Of a stretch of 64,000 bases of DNA, positions 31,077 to 40,317 are shown piece by piece; the first letter of the stretch is position 1; each line of letters begins with the position of its first letter. Location of the stretch: positions 70,142 through 134,141 of the forward strand of contig CAVOLQ010000005.1 in the NCBI GenBank assembly GCA_963696875.1. Reading direction: 5' to 3'. This stretch comes from an uncultured Sphingobacteriaceae bacterium (GTDB lineage: Bacteria > Bacteroidota > Bacteroidia > Sphingobacteriales > Sphingobacteriaceae). The notes under the pieces are model-generated. The model was given only the letters and a program-made list of their open reading frames with translations, searched no databases and had not been told where the DNA came from. The position numbers were made by a program, and so were the translations under genes.

Positions 31077-33011
31077 TTACTTTTCGTCTTCAAATTTCCA
31101 ACGTACAAAAGCTTCTATAGCTTCATATTCTGCCATTCCTAAATGGTCATAAATCTGAGCGGTTTCTTGCGTCCTTGCTTCTGCACGCACCCAAAACTCC
31201 CTCGCATCATCTCCTGGGAAAACAGGGACATCCTTCTGGGATTGGTGTTTAAAAATTGCATGACGTTTTTGTAAAGCTTCAGCCGGTGAAAGAGGTACCG
31301 CCATTTCAATTTCATGAATCTCAAACTCATGCCAAGCACCACGATACAACCAAATCCAACAATCTTTTGTCCAGTTTTCAGTTTCTCTTAAACGCAACAT
31401 CGCTTGATGAATGATATCGAAACAAACTTTATGTGTTCCATGAGGATCGGCAAAATCTCCAGCAGCAAAAATTTGATGAGGCTTTATTTTCTGTAGCAAC
31501 TCCATGGTTTGAACGATATCGTCTTCATAAGGGGCATTTTTTTCAAACTTTCTTCTTTCATAAAAAGGAAGATTCTGAAAGTGAATATTCTCATCTGGCA
31601 AACCCGCAAAACGTGCTCCTGCAATGGCTTCACCTTTTCTAATTAGGCCATTTAACGGTAGAAACTTCGGGTGTATCAACCTGATTCGGTTTTTTATGGG
31701 CTAAAAACTCTCTTGTCTCTTTATACATTTCTTCAAATGCAGAAACATCTTTATTCATCGCTTTAGCAAAATCCATTTGCAAACTCAATATACCGTAAAG
31801 CATCTTCTCCCAAACCGCAGTATTTCCAGAAGTTTGATAAGCAACATGAACATCATGCCCTTGATCTGCCAAACGAATAAAAGTTCCGCCCATTGAAATT
31901 ACGTCATCATCTGGATGTGGAGAAAAAACAATCGACGCGTTTTTTTGCTGGGTTCGCACGCTCAGGTCTTTGGCTGTCATCTGCATTCGGTTTTCCACCA
32001 GGCCAGCCGGTAATGGTATGTTGCAATATAGTTAAAAATATGAATATTGATATTGTAAACTGGCCCTTTTTCTGTTGCCAGCTGTGCCATACCATTGTTA
32101 TTATAATCTTCTTCGGTTAACTTTAAAATTGGCTTATTCAGCGTTTTAGCCAACCAAATAACCGCTTTCTTAATTGTTTTCTCATCCCATACACAATCAT
32201 TAGTTAACCAAGGTGTATCGAAGCGAGTCAATTTGGATGCAGCACCACTGTCTAAAATAAATTCAACGTTATCAGACAGCTGCAAATAGGTAGCTGGAAC
32301 TTCGGAAGAGATTTCTCCTTCCACGGCTTTTTTAATAATCTCAGCTTTAGTTTCAGTCCAAGCCATCAAGATGATCTCTTTTGCTTTAAAAATTGTACCC
32401 ACCCCCATTGTAATGGCTTTCGTAGGAACATTCTCTTTACCTCCAAAACCACGGGAAGCATCACGCCTTGTTAGATCATCTAAAGTCACTAAACGTGTAC
32501 CCGAATTTGGAGCTGAACCTGGTTCATTAAAACCAATATGACCGGTACGACCAATACCTAAAATTTGTAGATCGATCCCTCCTAATTCAGTAATCTTTTT
32601 TTCATATTCAAGACAAAAAGTATGAATATCTTCTGGCGCAAGAGTACCATCTGGAATATAAATATTATTTCGATCGATATCAATATGGTTGAATAAACTG
32701 TTATTCATAGATGTCACGTAACTTTGCTCTGCATCAGGTTGCATTGGATAATATTCATCCAAATTGAAAGTAATTACGTTTTTAAAGCTTAGTCCCTCCT
32801 CTTTGTAAAGACGGATTAACTCGTTATAAACTTTTCCCGGAGTTCCACCGGTAGCGAGGCCTAAAACAGCCTGCTCACCCCTTTTTTGTTTTTCTTTGAT
32901 AATAGCTGCAATGCGATGCGCTACCGCAATAGATGCTTCTTCCTGATTAGGATAAACTTTAACCGGTAACTTCTCAAAGCGAGTCTCTTCTTGTAAATTT
33001 AATCTTGCCAT
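31077..33011 (-). pseudogene. nagB: Long-form glucosamine-6-phosphate deaminase (NagB domain fused to LmbE/PIG-L-like domain), interrupted by three +1 nt insertions
   Basis: The four ORFs 31977..33011, 31907..32095, 31639..31998 and 31077..31679 are collinear. They read LATGGTPG, GIGRTGHIGFNEPGS, then NILQHTITGWPGGKPNADDSQRPERANPAKKRV, IVFSPHPDDDVISMGG, then GLIRKGEAIAGARF...DPHGTH. Frame switches lie near 32030, 31933-31946 and 31650. Confidence 0.85.
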
Positions 33012-33165
33012 TCTGAATTAATTCATTTTAAGGTGAAAGCAAAAATACTTAATTCTTTTATGATTAATAAGAATACCGCTAAATTTTACGCTATTTTACA
33101 TCAAAAACAGACTTCCCCATACATTTTTGTAATTTAGACCCTGAAATTATAAAAGACCCTTAGGA

Positions 33166-34362
33166 ATGAATCCCAGTATTGAGAAACTCTACAAAATAGC
33201 CCAAAAAGAAAGTCGCCTAATCTTAGGTTTAATGTCCGGAACCTCTCTAGACGGCCTAGACTTAGCCTTATGTCGTATTAAGGGAAGTGCAAAAAATACG
33301 GAGTTTACTATTGTAAACTTCGAGACAGTAGATTTTTCCCCCATTTTTAGAGATGAAATCAAATCTATTTTTGCAAAAGAAAAAGTGCTTTTTAAACAAG
33401 TATGTGTTTTGAACGCAAAGATTGCTACTACCCATGCTTTAATGATTAACCAAACGCTTAAAAAATGGGGAATAGCATCGACTGAAATAGACCTCATTGC
33501 CAGCCACGGACAAACTATTTTTCACGCTCCACGTTCCGCGGATCAAGCGGCCGACGTTCAAAATAGCACGTTACAAATTGGAGATGGAGACCATATCGCG
33601 GTGCTGACAGATATTATTACAGTTTCCGATTTTAGGCAAAAACATGTTGCAGCTGGAGGTGAAGGTGCCCCCCTTGTAGTTTATGGAGATTATCTTTTAT
33701 TCTCGAATCCGAATGAAGAAAGAATATTATTGAACATCGGCGGCATAGCGAATTTCACCTATCTTCCTGCCAACAATAAGCTAGACAATCTGATTTCAAC
33801 AGATGTGGGTCCGGGAAATACACTGTTAAATCACTATATGCGCCAACACTTTAATTTACCTTTTGATAAAGATGGTACCGAAGCTGCAAAAGGAAAAATA
33901 TCCATCCCTTTGTTAAATTCTCTAATAGAACACCCTTTCTTTAAACAAGGCTACCCTAAAACTACAGGACCTGAAGAGTTCAACCTTGACTTTGTCTTAA
34001 AAGCAAAAAAAGACAGCGATACTGAAAGTCTGAGCCATCAAGACACATTAGCGACTTTAGTTGCTTTAACGGCCTATGGAATCACTAAAGCGGTAGAGTC
34101 TATCACAAAGATTCATGCTAAACCCTCCGTTTATGTTAGTGGTGGGGGCTTACACAATCCTATTTTAATGAAAAAGATAAAAGAAGAATTACATGGCTTT
34201 TCAGTACAAAGCACTTCAGCGTTAGGCATGCCGCCTGATGCCAAAGAAGCAGTTCTCTTTGCACTATTGGCTAATGAAACCGTCGCCGGCGAACCTATTC
34301 ATTTCCCGAAAAGCACCGGAGCACCTGCAATATGTATGGGGAAAGTTTCATTTCCGAAATAG
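33166..34362 (+). CDS. anmK: Anhydro-N-acetylmuramic acid kinase
   Basis: LGLMSGTSLDGLDLALC N-terminus, QIGDG and NIGGIANFT motifs. Confidence 0.9.
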   Translation: MNPSIEKLYKIAQKESRLILGLMSGTSLDGLDLALCRIKGSAKNTEFTIVNFETVDFSPIFRDEIKSIFAKEKVLFKQVCVLNAKIATTHALMINQTLKKWGIASTEIDLIASHGQTIFHAPRSADQAADVQNSTLQIGDGDHIAVLTDIITVSDFRQKHVAAGGEGAPLVVYGDYLLFSNPNEERILLNIGGIANFTYLPANNKLDNLISTDVGPGNTLLNHYMRQHFNLPFDKDGTEAAKGKISIPLLNSLIEHPFFKQGYPKTTGPEEFNLDFVLKAKKDSDTESLSHQDTLATLVALTAYGITKAVESITKIHAKPSVYVSGGGLHNPILMKKIKEELHGFSVQSTSALGMPPDAKEAVLFALLANETVAGEPIHFPKSTGAPAICMGKVSFPK

Positions 34363-34365
34363 AAT

Positions 34366-35148
34366 TTAAATTTTATCCGCAAAATCACGAATAGCCTCTT
34401 GGGGATTTTCTGTTTTCATAAAATTCTCACCAATTAAAAAAGCTTGGAAACCTACTTTTTTTAATTCTATAATGCTTTCAGGATCACTCAATCCACTCTC
34501 TGAAACCTTGATGAACGTGTCGGGTATACTATCCACCAGATCTATAGAATGCTGGATGGAGACAGTAAAATCCTTTAAATTCCTATTATTAACTCCAATA
34601 GCATCTATGGTATCGAAAATACTGCGCTCCAGCTCCTCCTTATTATGTACCTCAAGCAATACGCTTAAACCCAATTCTTTGGCATAACCTGACAAATCCT
34701 GAATCTCATTTTCGGATAAAACCGCTGCAATCAGCAAAATAACATCTGCGCCATATGCCTTAGCTTCAGCAATTTGATAACGATCGATGACAAATTCCTT
34801 TCTTAAAAGAGGAATGCCAACTACTTTGCGAGCTTCTGTTAAATCTTCAAGTGATCCCTTAAAAAAATCAGCATCCGTCAATATGGATATTGCCGAAGCT
34901 CCTTCCTTCTCGTATCCTTGAGCAACCTCCATAACAGAAGAACGGTCGTTAATAATACCCTTGGAAGGAGAGGCGCGTTTAAATTCGGCAATAATGCCAT
35001 TTTTTTCTTTATCTAAAATAAACTCTCTCAAACTATAGGGTTTTCGATCGAATAAAGGGAAGCCTTCCAATTCAGCTAAAGATACTACTTTCTTCGCCGC
35101 AGCAACTTCTTCCTTCTTACGTACTATTATTTTATCTAAAATATTCAT
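34366..35148 (-). CDS. trpC: Indole-3-glycerol phosphate synthase
   Basis: IIAEFKRASPSKG, LRKEFVIDRYQI and GVNNRNL motifs. Confidence 0.92.
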   Translation of the reverse strand: MNILDKIIVRKKEEVAAAKKVVSLAELEGFPLFDRKPYSLREFILDKEKNGIIAEFKRASPSKGIINDRSSVMEVAQGYEKEGASAISILTDADFFKGSLEDLTEARKVVGIPLLRKEFVIDRYQIAEAKAYGADVILLIAAVLSENEIQDLSGYAKELGLSVLLEVHNKEELERSIFDTIDAIGVNNRNLKDFTVSIQHSIDLVDSIPDTFIKVSESGLSDPESIIELKKVGFQAFLIGENFMKTENPQEAIRDFADKI

Positions 35149-35151
35149 ATC

Positions 35152-35736
35152 TTAATCCTTTAACCAATTTTGAATAATCTCTTTTCCATACTCACTTAAT
35201 ATAGATTCAGGATGAAACTGCACACCTCGCACATCTAAATCATTATGGGCAATTGCCATAATAAACCCGGATTCATCCTTCGCGGTAACTTGTAATTCAA
35301 AAGGAAAGTCATTCTCCGACACCACCCAAGAATGGTACCTTCCCGCCAAAAACTCCGTTGGAAGTCCTTGAAAAAGCTGTTCATCAGGATCGGTCACTTT
35401 AATTTTTGAAGCCACTCCGTGAACGGGCTTTTCTAAGTTTGACAGTTTACCACCAAATACTTCGGCAATGGCCTGTTGCCCTAAACAAATGCCTAAAATA
35501 CGCTTACTAGCGCTATATTTCTTAATAACATCCATCAGTAAACCCGCGTCTTGGGGAAGACCGGGGCCGGGCGATAATAAAATCTTATCAAAGGCTTCTA
35601 CCTCTTCCAATTTGAACTTATCATTACGCCATACCTCTACTTCTTCCCCGCATTCATGCAATAAATGGACAAGGTTATAAGTAAAAGAATCATAATTATC
35701 AATCACTAAAATCTTAGGATTCGAATTTGCTTTCAT
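35152..35736 (-). CDS. trpG: Anthranilate synthase component II (glutamine amidotransferase)
   Basis: ILVIDNYDSFTYNL, GICLGQQAI (catalytic Cys) and GVQFHPES motifs. Located directly after trpE. Confidence 0.9.
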   Translation of the reverse strand: MKANSNPKILVIDNYDSFTYNLVHLLHECGEEVEVWRNDKFKLEEVEAFDKILLSPGPGLPQDAGLLMDVIKKYSASKRILGICLGQQAIAEVFGGKLSNLEKPVHGVASKIKVTDPDEQLFQGLPTEFLAGRYHSWVVSENDFPFELQVTAKDESGFIMAIAHNDLDVRGVQFHPESILSEYGKEIIQNWLKD

Positions 35737-35743
35737 TTTGTTT

Positions 35744-37156
35744 TTATATTATAGTTTCAGCCAGCGTCAATGCCTTTCTTAAGGCTGCAATTTTGTTATC
35801 CACTTCATTTAATTCATTTTGAGGTATGGAATCGATCACAACTCCTGCCCCCGCTTGATAATGCAAAGTGTTTTTCTTGCTTAGAAATGAGCGAATCATA
35901 ATGGCATGGTTGAAGTCTCCATTAAATCCCATAAACCCAATAGCCCCACTGTAAAAACCACGTTGGGACTTCTCATAACGGTCGATCAAGCTAATGGCCA
36001 TATGCTTTGGTGCACCGCTTAAAGTACCTGCTGGAAATGTATCTGCAACTACATCAAAAGAATCTACGTTTTCCCTTATTTTACCACTTACTTTTGAAAC
36101 AAGGTGAATAACATGTGAATAATATTGAGCCTCTTTAAAAGAGTCTACTTTCACAGCATCGCAGTCTCTACTCAAATCATTCCGCGCTAAATCGACCAAC
36201 ATCACATGCTCAGCACTTTCTTTGGCATCATTCTTTAAGCGTTCTGCTACTTTATGGTCTTCTATATCGTTGCCTGTTCGCTTAAATGTTCCCGCAATAG
36301 GATATATGCTCGCTTCTCCATTTTTGATAGTCAATTGCGCCTCAGGCGAAGAACCAAAAATCTTAAAACTACCGTAGTCGAAATAAAATAGATAGGGAGA
36401 AGGATTAATCGACCTCAACGCTCGATATACATTAAATTCATCCCCCAAAAAGGATTGAGAAAAGGCACGCGAAGGCACAATTTGGAAGACATCACCCTTA
36501 CTTATATGCGTTTTCATGGTTTCCACTAGAGTTATGAACTCTTCATTGCTAAGGTTAGAGGATTCATCACCTTTCAACTTAAATTCATACTCAGGAAACT
36601 TTTTATTTTGGATAAGATACTGAATTTGCTCAAAACCATATTCTTGCTTACCTTCCAAGGTATGCTCAAAAATGTAAAGTTCATTTTTAAAATGGTCGAT
36701 CGCTATCACAAACTGGTAAATATGGTACTGCAAAAAAGGAATATTACGTTCGGGATTTAAAGAAGTAGTAAGTTTGATATCTTCGAAATGCTCTATGGTA
36801 TCAAAAGTTAAATAACCGAATAATCCATTGGAAATGAACTTGAATTCTTCATTGAAACTATCTACAAAAGACTCCCTAAACTTGGAAATCTCATCTCGCA
36901 AATTGATTTCATGTTTGCTTTTTATGATGTTATCGCTATCTGGATAACTTATTTGCAATTCTTTGTCATCTAGCTTTATACCCGCTATCGGTGAACAGCA
37001 AACATAGCTCATGCTGTTTTCTCGATTATAATAATCTGAACTCTCCAACAAAATTGAATTTGGAAATACATCACGTAGTCGTAAATAAATACTTACCGGT
37101 GTGGTGGTATCAGAGAGTAACTTTTTATAAGATGTTTTTAATTTATATGGCTTCAT
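35744..37156 (-). CDS. trpE: Anthranilate synthase component I
   Basis: LLESS N-terminal motif, PSPYLFYF, GTLSGAPK and RGFYSGAIGF motifs. Confidence 0.92.
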   Translation of the reverse strand: MKPYKLKTSYKKLLSDTTTPVSIYLRLRDVFPNSILLESSDYYNRENSMSYVCCSPIAGIKLDDKELQISYPDSDNIIKSKHEINLRDEISKFRESFVDSFNEEFKFISNGLFGYLTFDTIEHFEDIKLTTSLNPERNIPFLQYHIYQFVIAIDHFKNELYIFEHTLEGKQEYGFEQIQYLIQNKKFPEYEFKLKGDESSNLSNEEFITLVETMKTHISKGDVFQIVPSRAFSQSFLGDEFNVYRALRSINPSPYLFYFDYGSFKIFGSSPEAQLTIKNGEASIYPIAGTFKRTGNDIEDHKVAERLKNDAKESAEHVMLVDLARNDLSRDCDAVKVDSFKEAQYYSHVIHLVSKVSGKIRENVDSFDVVADTFPAGTLSGAPKHMAISLIDRYEKSQRGFYSGAIGFMGFNGDFNHAIMIRSFLSKKNTLHYQAGAGVVIDSIPQNELNEVDNKIAALRKALTLAETII

Positions 37157-37176
37157 TAGAATAATTTGCTTATAAT

Positions 37177-37205
37177 AAAAAAACCCGGCGTTCTCACGTC
37201 GGGTT
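37177..37205 (-). terminator. trp attenuator terminator hairpin
   Basis: The minus-strand RNA is ACCCGACG-UGAGAA-CGCCGGGU followed by U7. It lies 20 nt upstream of the trpE ATG and 28 nt after the leader-peptide stop. Confidence 0.75.
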
Positions 37206-37233
37206 ATATAAAGTATTTACTTTTAAATTTTGT

Positions 37234-37308
37234 TTATATAAAAACTGCCCGCCGTCTTATTTCATTACGCCACCACCAGTTATTTGTATGTTGAGTAGTA
37301 TTAATCAT
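37234..37308 (-). CDS. trpL: trp operon leader peptide, 24 aa: MINTTQHTNNWWWRNEIRRRAVFI
   Basis: ATG at 37308, TAA at 37236-37234. Three consecutive UGG codons at codons 11-13. Positioned between the upstream gene stop and the terminator in front of trpE. Confidence 0.75.
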   Translation of the reverse strand: MINTTQHTNNWWWRNEIRRRAVFI

Positions 37309-37347
37309 TGAGTTAACAAAAATAAAACTATTTTTTTAAAAAACAAG

Positions 37348-37797
37348 TTATGACATCGCCAAAATTGGATAACCACTCATATAAATGGCTCCGATAACGA
37401 TAATTAACGAAATAGTATAAAATATAGCAACCGTTTTATGGTTGCTAGGTCCTGGCATAGCCTTTTTTGATTTTGAGTGCCCAATGGTGATAACTATAAT
37501 AGCGATAATCATCATTAAAGCATGCTCAACGGTCCAATATCGGCTAACGCTGTCTTTCATAGCAGCTCCCATGTCTCCCAAATTTACTTTTGGGCTCATG
37601 AAATAAAGAACCAGACCTATAAGTAATTGCACATGCATGGAAATCATTGCAAAGAGATTTAATTTCCGATTACCGTTGGTATAATTATTTTTTCCAAACC
37701 ATCCCGCGAAAGCAGTCATTATAGCAATCAACACCAAAGCCAAAACTACGTAGCGCCATCCTGAATGGAGATACTTAAGAAGTAAATAAGTGTTCAT
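37348..37797 (-). CDS. Hypothetical integral membrane protein (about 4 TM helices)
   Basis: 149 aa, four hydrophobic segments, no recognised catalytic motif. Confidence 0.5.
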   Translation of the reverse strand: MNTYLLLKYLHSGWRYVVLALVLIAIMTAFAGWFGKNNYTNGNRKLNLFAMISMHVQLLIGLVLYFMSPKVNLGDMGAAMKDSVSRYWTVEHALMMIIAIIVITIGHSKSKKAMPGPSNHKTVAIFYTISLIIVIGAIYMSGYPILAMS

Positions 37798-37919
37798 GTT
37801 TTCTGTTTTATTTCCTTGCTAAGCTAAGGCTTTTGTTTTAATTTTAAAAAAATAATTTATTTCAACAATTAAACACTCTCCCAATTCGCTTGATGATTAT
37901 TGTATAATTTTATTCTACT

Positions 37920-38216
37920 TTATTCATTCGTTACACTTAAGCCTTCTCCCTTGAGAATTTTTCTATAGATTTCAATCTCATTATATGTCCCTTCTAAAAC
38001 GGTACATTTTCCTTTAGTATGAACGGTCCATGCAATTTTTTCAGCTTGGGATTCTGAATACTTAAGGTATTTCATTAAGCAATGGATCACGTGATCGAAG
38101 GTGTTAATCTCATCGTTCCATAAAATAAGTCGGTTATTCTTTTTTACTACCGCCAGTATCTCTTCTAAGGTAAAGGTTTCTTCCTGTACTTCAGTTTCCG
38201 CCATTTCTGTTCTCAT
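37920..38216 (-). CDS. clpS: ATP-dependent Clp protease adaptor ClpS
   Basis: LILWNDEINTFDHVIHCLMKY....SQAEKIAWTVHTKGKCTV is the ClpS core. Confidence 0.88.
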   Translation of the reverse strand: MRTEMAETEVQEETFTLEEILAVVKKNNRLILWNDEINTFDHVIHCLMKYLKYSESQAEKIAWTVHTKGKCTVLEGTYNEIEIYRKILKGEGLSVTNE

Positions 38217-38255
38217 TATTATAGGACAAAAATACGAAATTAGATAAATAGACGG

Positions 38256-39143
38256 TCAGTCTTTTTTGGTTTTTCTAATTTGCTGCTCTAAAACATCCCA
38301 CATTTGCTCTGGTACAGCTTCTAAAGCACTAAATTGACCTGCGCCTTGTAACCATTCTCCTCCATCAATAGTAATCACTTCTCCATTAATAAATCCTGAA
38401 AAGTCGGACATTAGAAACGCCGCTAAATTTGCGAGTTCTTGATGTTCACCGACCCGCTTTAAGGGGACACGCTTTTTAAAATCAAATTTATCGGCCAAAT
38501 CCCCAGGAAGAAGACGCTCCCAAGCCCCTTTTGTAGGGAAAGGACCTGGTGCAATTGCATTATGCCGAATCCCATATTTTCCCCATTCTACGGCTAAAGA
38601 CCTAGTTAAAGCCAACACACCTCCCTTTGCCGCAGCAGAAGGAGCGACATAAGCAGAGCCCGTGAACGCATAGGTTGTCACGATGTTTAAAACTGTCGCA
38701 GCTTGCTTTTGCGCTATCCAATGTTTCCCTAATGTTGTCGTGCAATTTATCGTTCCTTTTAAAACGATGTCGATAATAGAGGAAAAAGCATTCGATGACA
38801 ATCTCTCCGTAGGAGAAATAAAATTCCCCGCTGCATTATTTACTAATCCATCTATACTTCCGTAATGAGCCAGACCCTCTTGGATTACCCTTTCGACCTC
38901 TTCAATATTCCGAATATCACAGGCTAGAGGAAGTACCTTGCCACCCGTCTCTATTTCCATTTCTTTTGCTGCCGCTTTTAAAACATCTAGCTTCCTACTT
39001 ATGATAATCAAATTAGCGCCAAGCTTCAGAAAATAAGTCCCCATGGATCTACCTAAGCCGGTTCCGCCTCCAGTTATAACAATTGTCTTTCCTTGTAAAC
39101 TTCCCTCGCGCAAAGCACCTCTTGTCAAATCGATTGTATTCAT
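38256..39143 (-). CDS. SDR family oxidoreductase, 2,4-dienoyl-CoA reductase-like
   Basis: TGGGTGLG cofactor motif, NNAAGNF, and the SAAKGG catalytic region. Confidence 0.78.
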   Translation of the reverse strand: MNTIDLTRGALREGSLQGKTIVITGGGTGLGRSMGTYFLKLGANLIIISRKLDVLKAAAKEMEIETGGKVLPLACDIRNIEEVERVIQEGLAHYGSIDGLVNNAAGNFISPTERLSSNAFSSIIDIVLKGTINCTTTLGKHWIAQKQAATVLNIVTTYAFTGSAYVAPSAAAKGGVLALTRSLAVEWGKYGIRHNAIAPGPFPTKGAWERLLPGDLADKFDFKKRVPLKRVGEHQELANLAAFLMSDFSGFINGEVITIDGGEWLQGAGQFSALEAVPEQMWDVLEQQIRKTKKD

Positions 39144-39144
39144 T

Positions 39145-39912
39145 TTACTTTTTCCCTCCTTTTAAATTTTCAATAATGGTTTTAAGAATGGAGCGGGTTG
39201 AAGGCGACCACCATTGTTGAAGCATAATATCGAGTGTATCAGTAGGGTCGACACTCATTTTTGAAATCAATTCTCTACGCATGTTTAACTTGCTCTGTTG
39301 CCAGGTATTGGATTCTAACTGAATATACTTTTGCAATCGCTTTTCGGCACTGCGCCTTAAAGCAGACTGAGGTACCAATTCATCAATTAAACCCACTTCC
39401 AAGGCTTGAGTAGGATTAAGAAGCTTGCCTTCCAGTAAATAATGGTAAGCTCTGGCTTGTCCGAGCCAGAAACTATATAAATGAAAAATAGCATCGGGAA
39501 CAATAATTCCCACAGGAACTTCATTCAAGCCGATAATAAACTCTCCTTCAGCCATAACTCTATAATCGCAGCATAAAGCCAATACGCATCCCCCCGCAGG
39601 GCTGTGCCCTCCGATAGCAGCTATTGTCGGTTTTCTAAAAGCCGTAAACGCTTGAACAAAGGAAAGAAATGACTCCCAGAATTCCCTGATCTCAACTTCC
39701 GAATAATCGTATAATTCAATTAAATCCAATCCCGCGCTAAAGAAACCCGCCTGACCGTGCAATATAACCCCAGAGATTGCATCATCGCTTTCAATACTTT
39801 TTAAAATAACGCCTAATTCTTTTAGTAATTCAGCATTAATAGCATTGGATCGACCTCTATTTAAACCAATTAAGGCCATGCGGTCATGAACAGTTACAGT
39901 TAGGTATTTCAT
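39145..39912 (-). CDS. Enoyl-CoA hydratase/isomerase family protein (delta3,delta2-enoyl-CoA isomerase-like)
   Basis: Crotonase fold: FSAGLDL, AIGGHSPAGGCVLALCCDYR. Adjacent to the dienoyl-CoA reductase-like SDR. Confidence 0.78.
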   Translation of the reverse strand: MKYLTVTVHDRMALIGLNRGRSNAINAELLKELGVILKSIESDDAISGVILHGQAGFFSAGLDLIELYDYSEVEIREFWESFLSFVQAFTAFRKPTIAAIGGHSPAGGCVLALCCDYRVMAEGEFIIGLNEVPVGIIVPDAIFHLYSFWLGQARAYHYLLEGKLLNPTQALEVGLIDELVPQSALRRSAEKRLQKYIQLESNTWQQSKLNMRRELISKMSVDPTDTLDIMLQQWWSPSTRSILKTIIENLKGGKK

Positions 39913-39984
39913 TTGGTTTTGTCTAAATGCCAATTTAAGTATTTTTTAGGATTCTTAGTTGAAAAGATTCATATTTGCTTAAGC

Positions 39985-40317
39985 ATGAAGGAGGAAAAAA
40001 ACTTTTACGATAGAGTTTATGAGCTTGTCCGACAAATTCCGGAAGGCAGAGTGACTTCCTATGGTGCCATTGCCCGCGTTTTAGGATCCACTGGTTCCGC
40101 TCGCATGGTAGGTTATGCTTTGCGTGCTTCATTTTCTGCCAACCCACCTGTTCCCGCACATCGAGTGGTTAATAGGATTGGTTTATTATCTGGAAAGGCG
40201 GCTTTTGGTTCGGAAACGATGATGGAGCAGCTATTGGTAAATGAAGGCGTTAAAGTGGAAGACGATAAAATAGTTAATTTTGAAAAATTATTTTGGGAAC
40301 CTGTTTATGAAGAATAA
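39985..40317 (+). CDS. MGMT-family DNA-binding protein lacking the acceptor cysteine (alkyltransferase-like, ATL-type)
   Basis: YDRVYELVRQIPEGRVTSYGAIA....GSARMVG.AL and VPAHRVVN. The canonical PCHRV acceptor motif reads PAHRV here. Confidence 0.72.
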   Translation: MKEEKNFYDRVYELVRQIPEGRVTSYGAIARVLGSTGSARMVGYALRASFSANPPVPAHRVVNRIGLLSGKAAFGSETMMEQLLVNEGVKVEDDKIVNFEKLFWEPVYEE

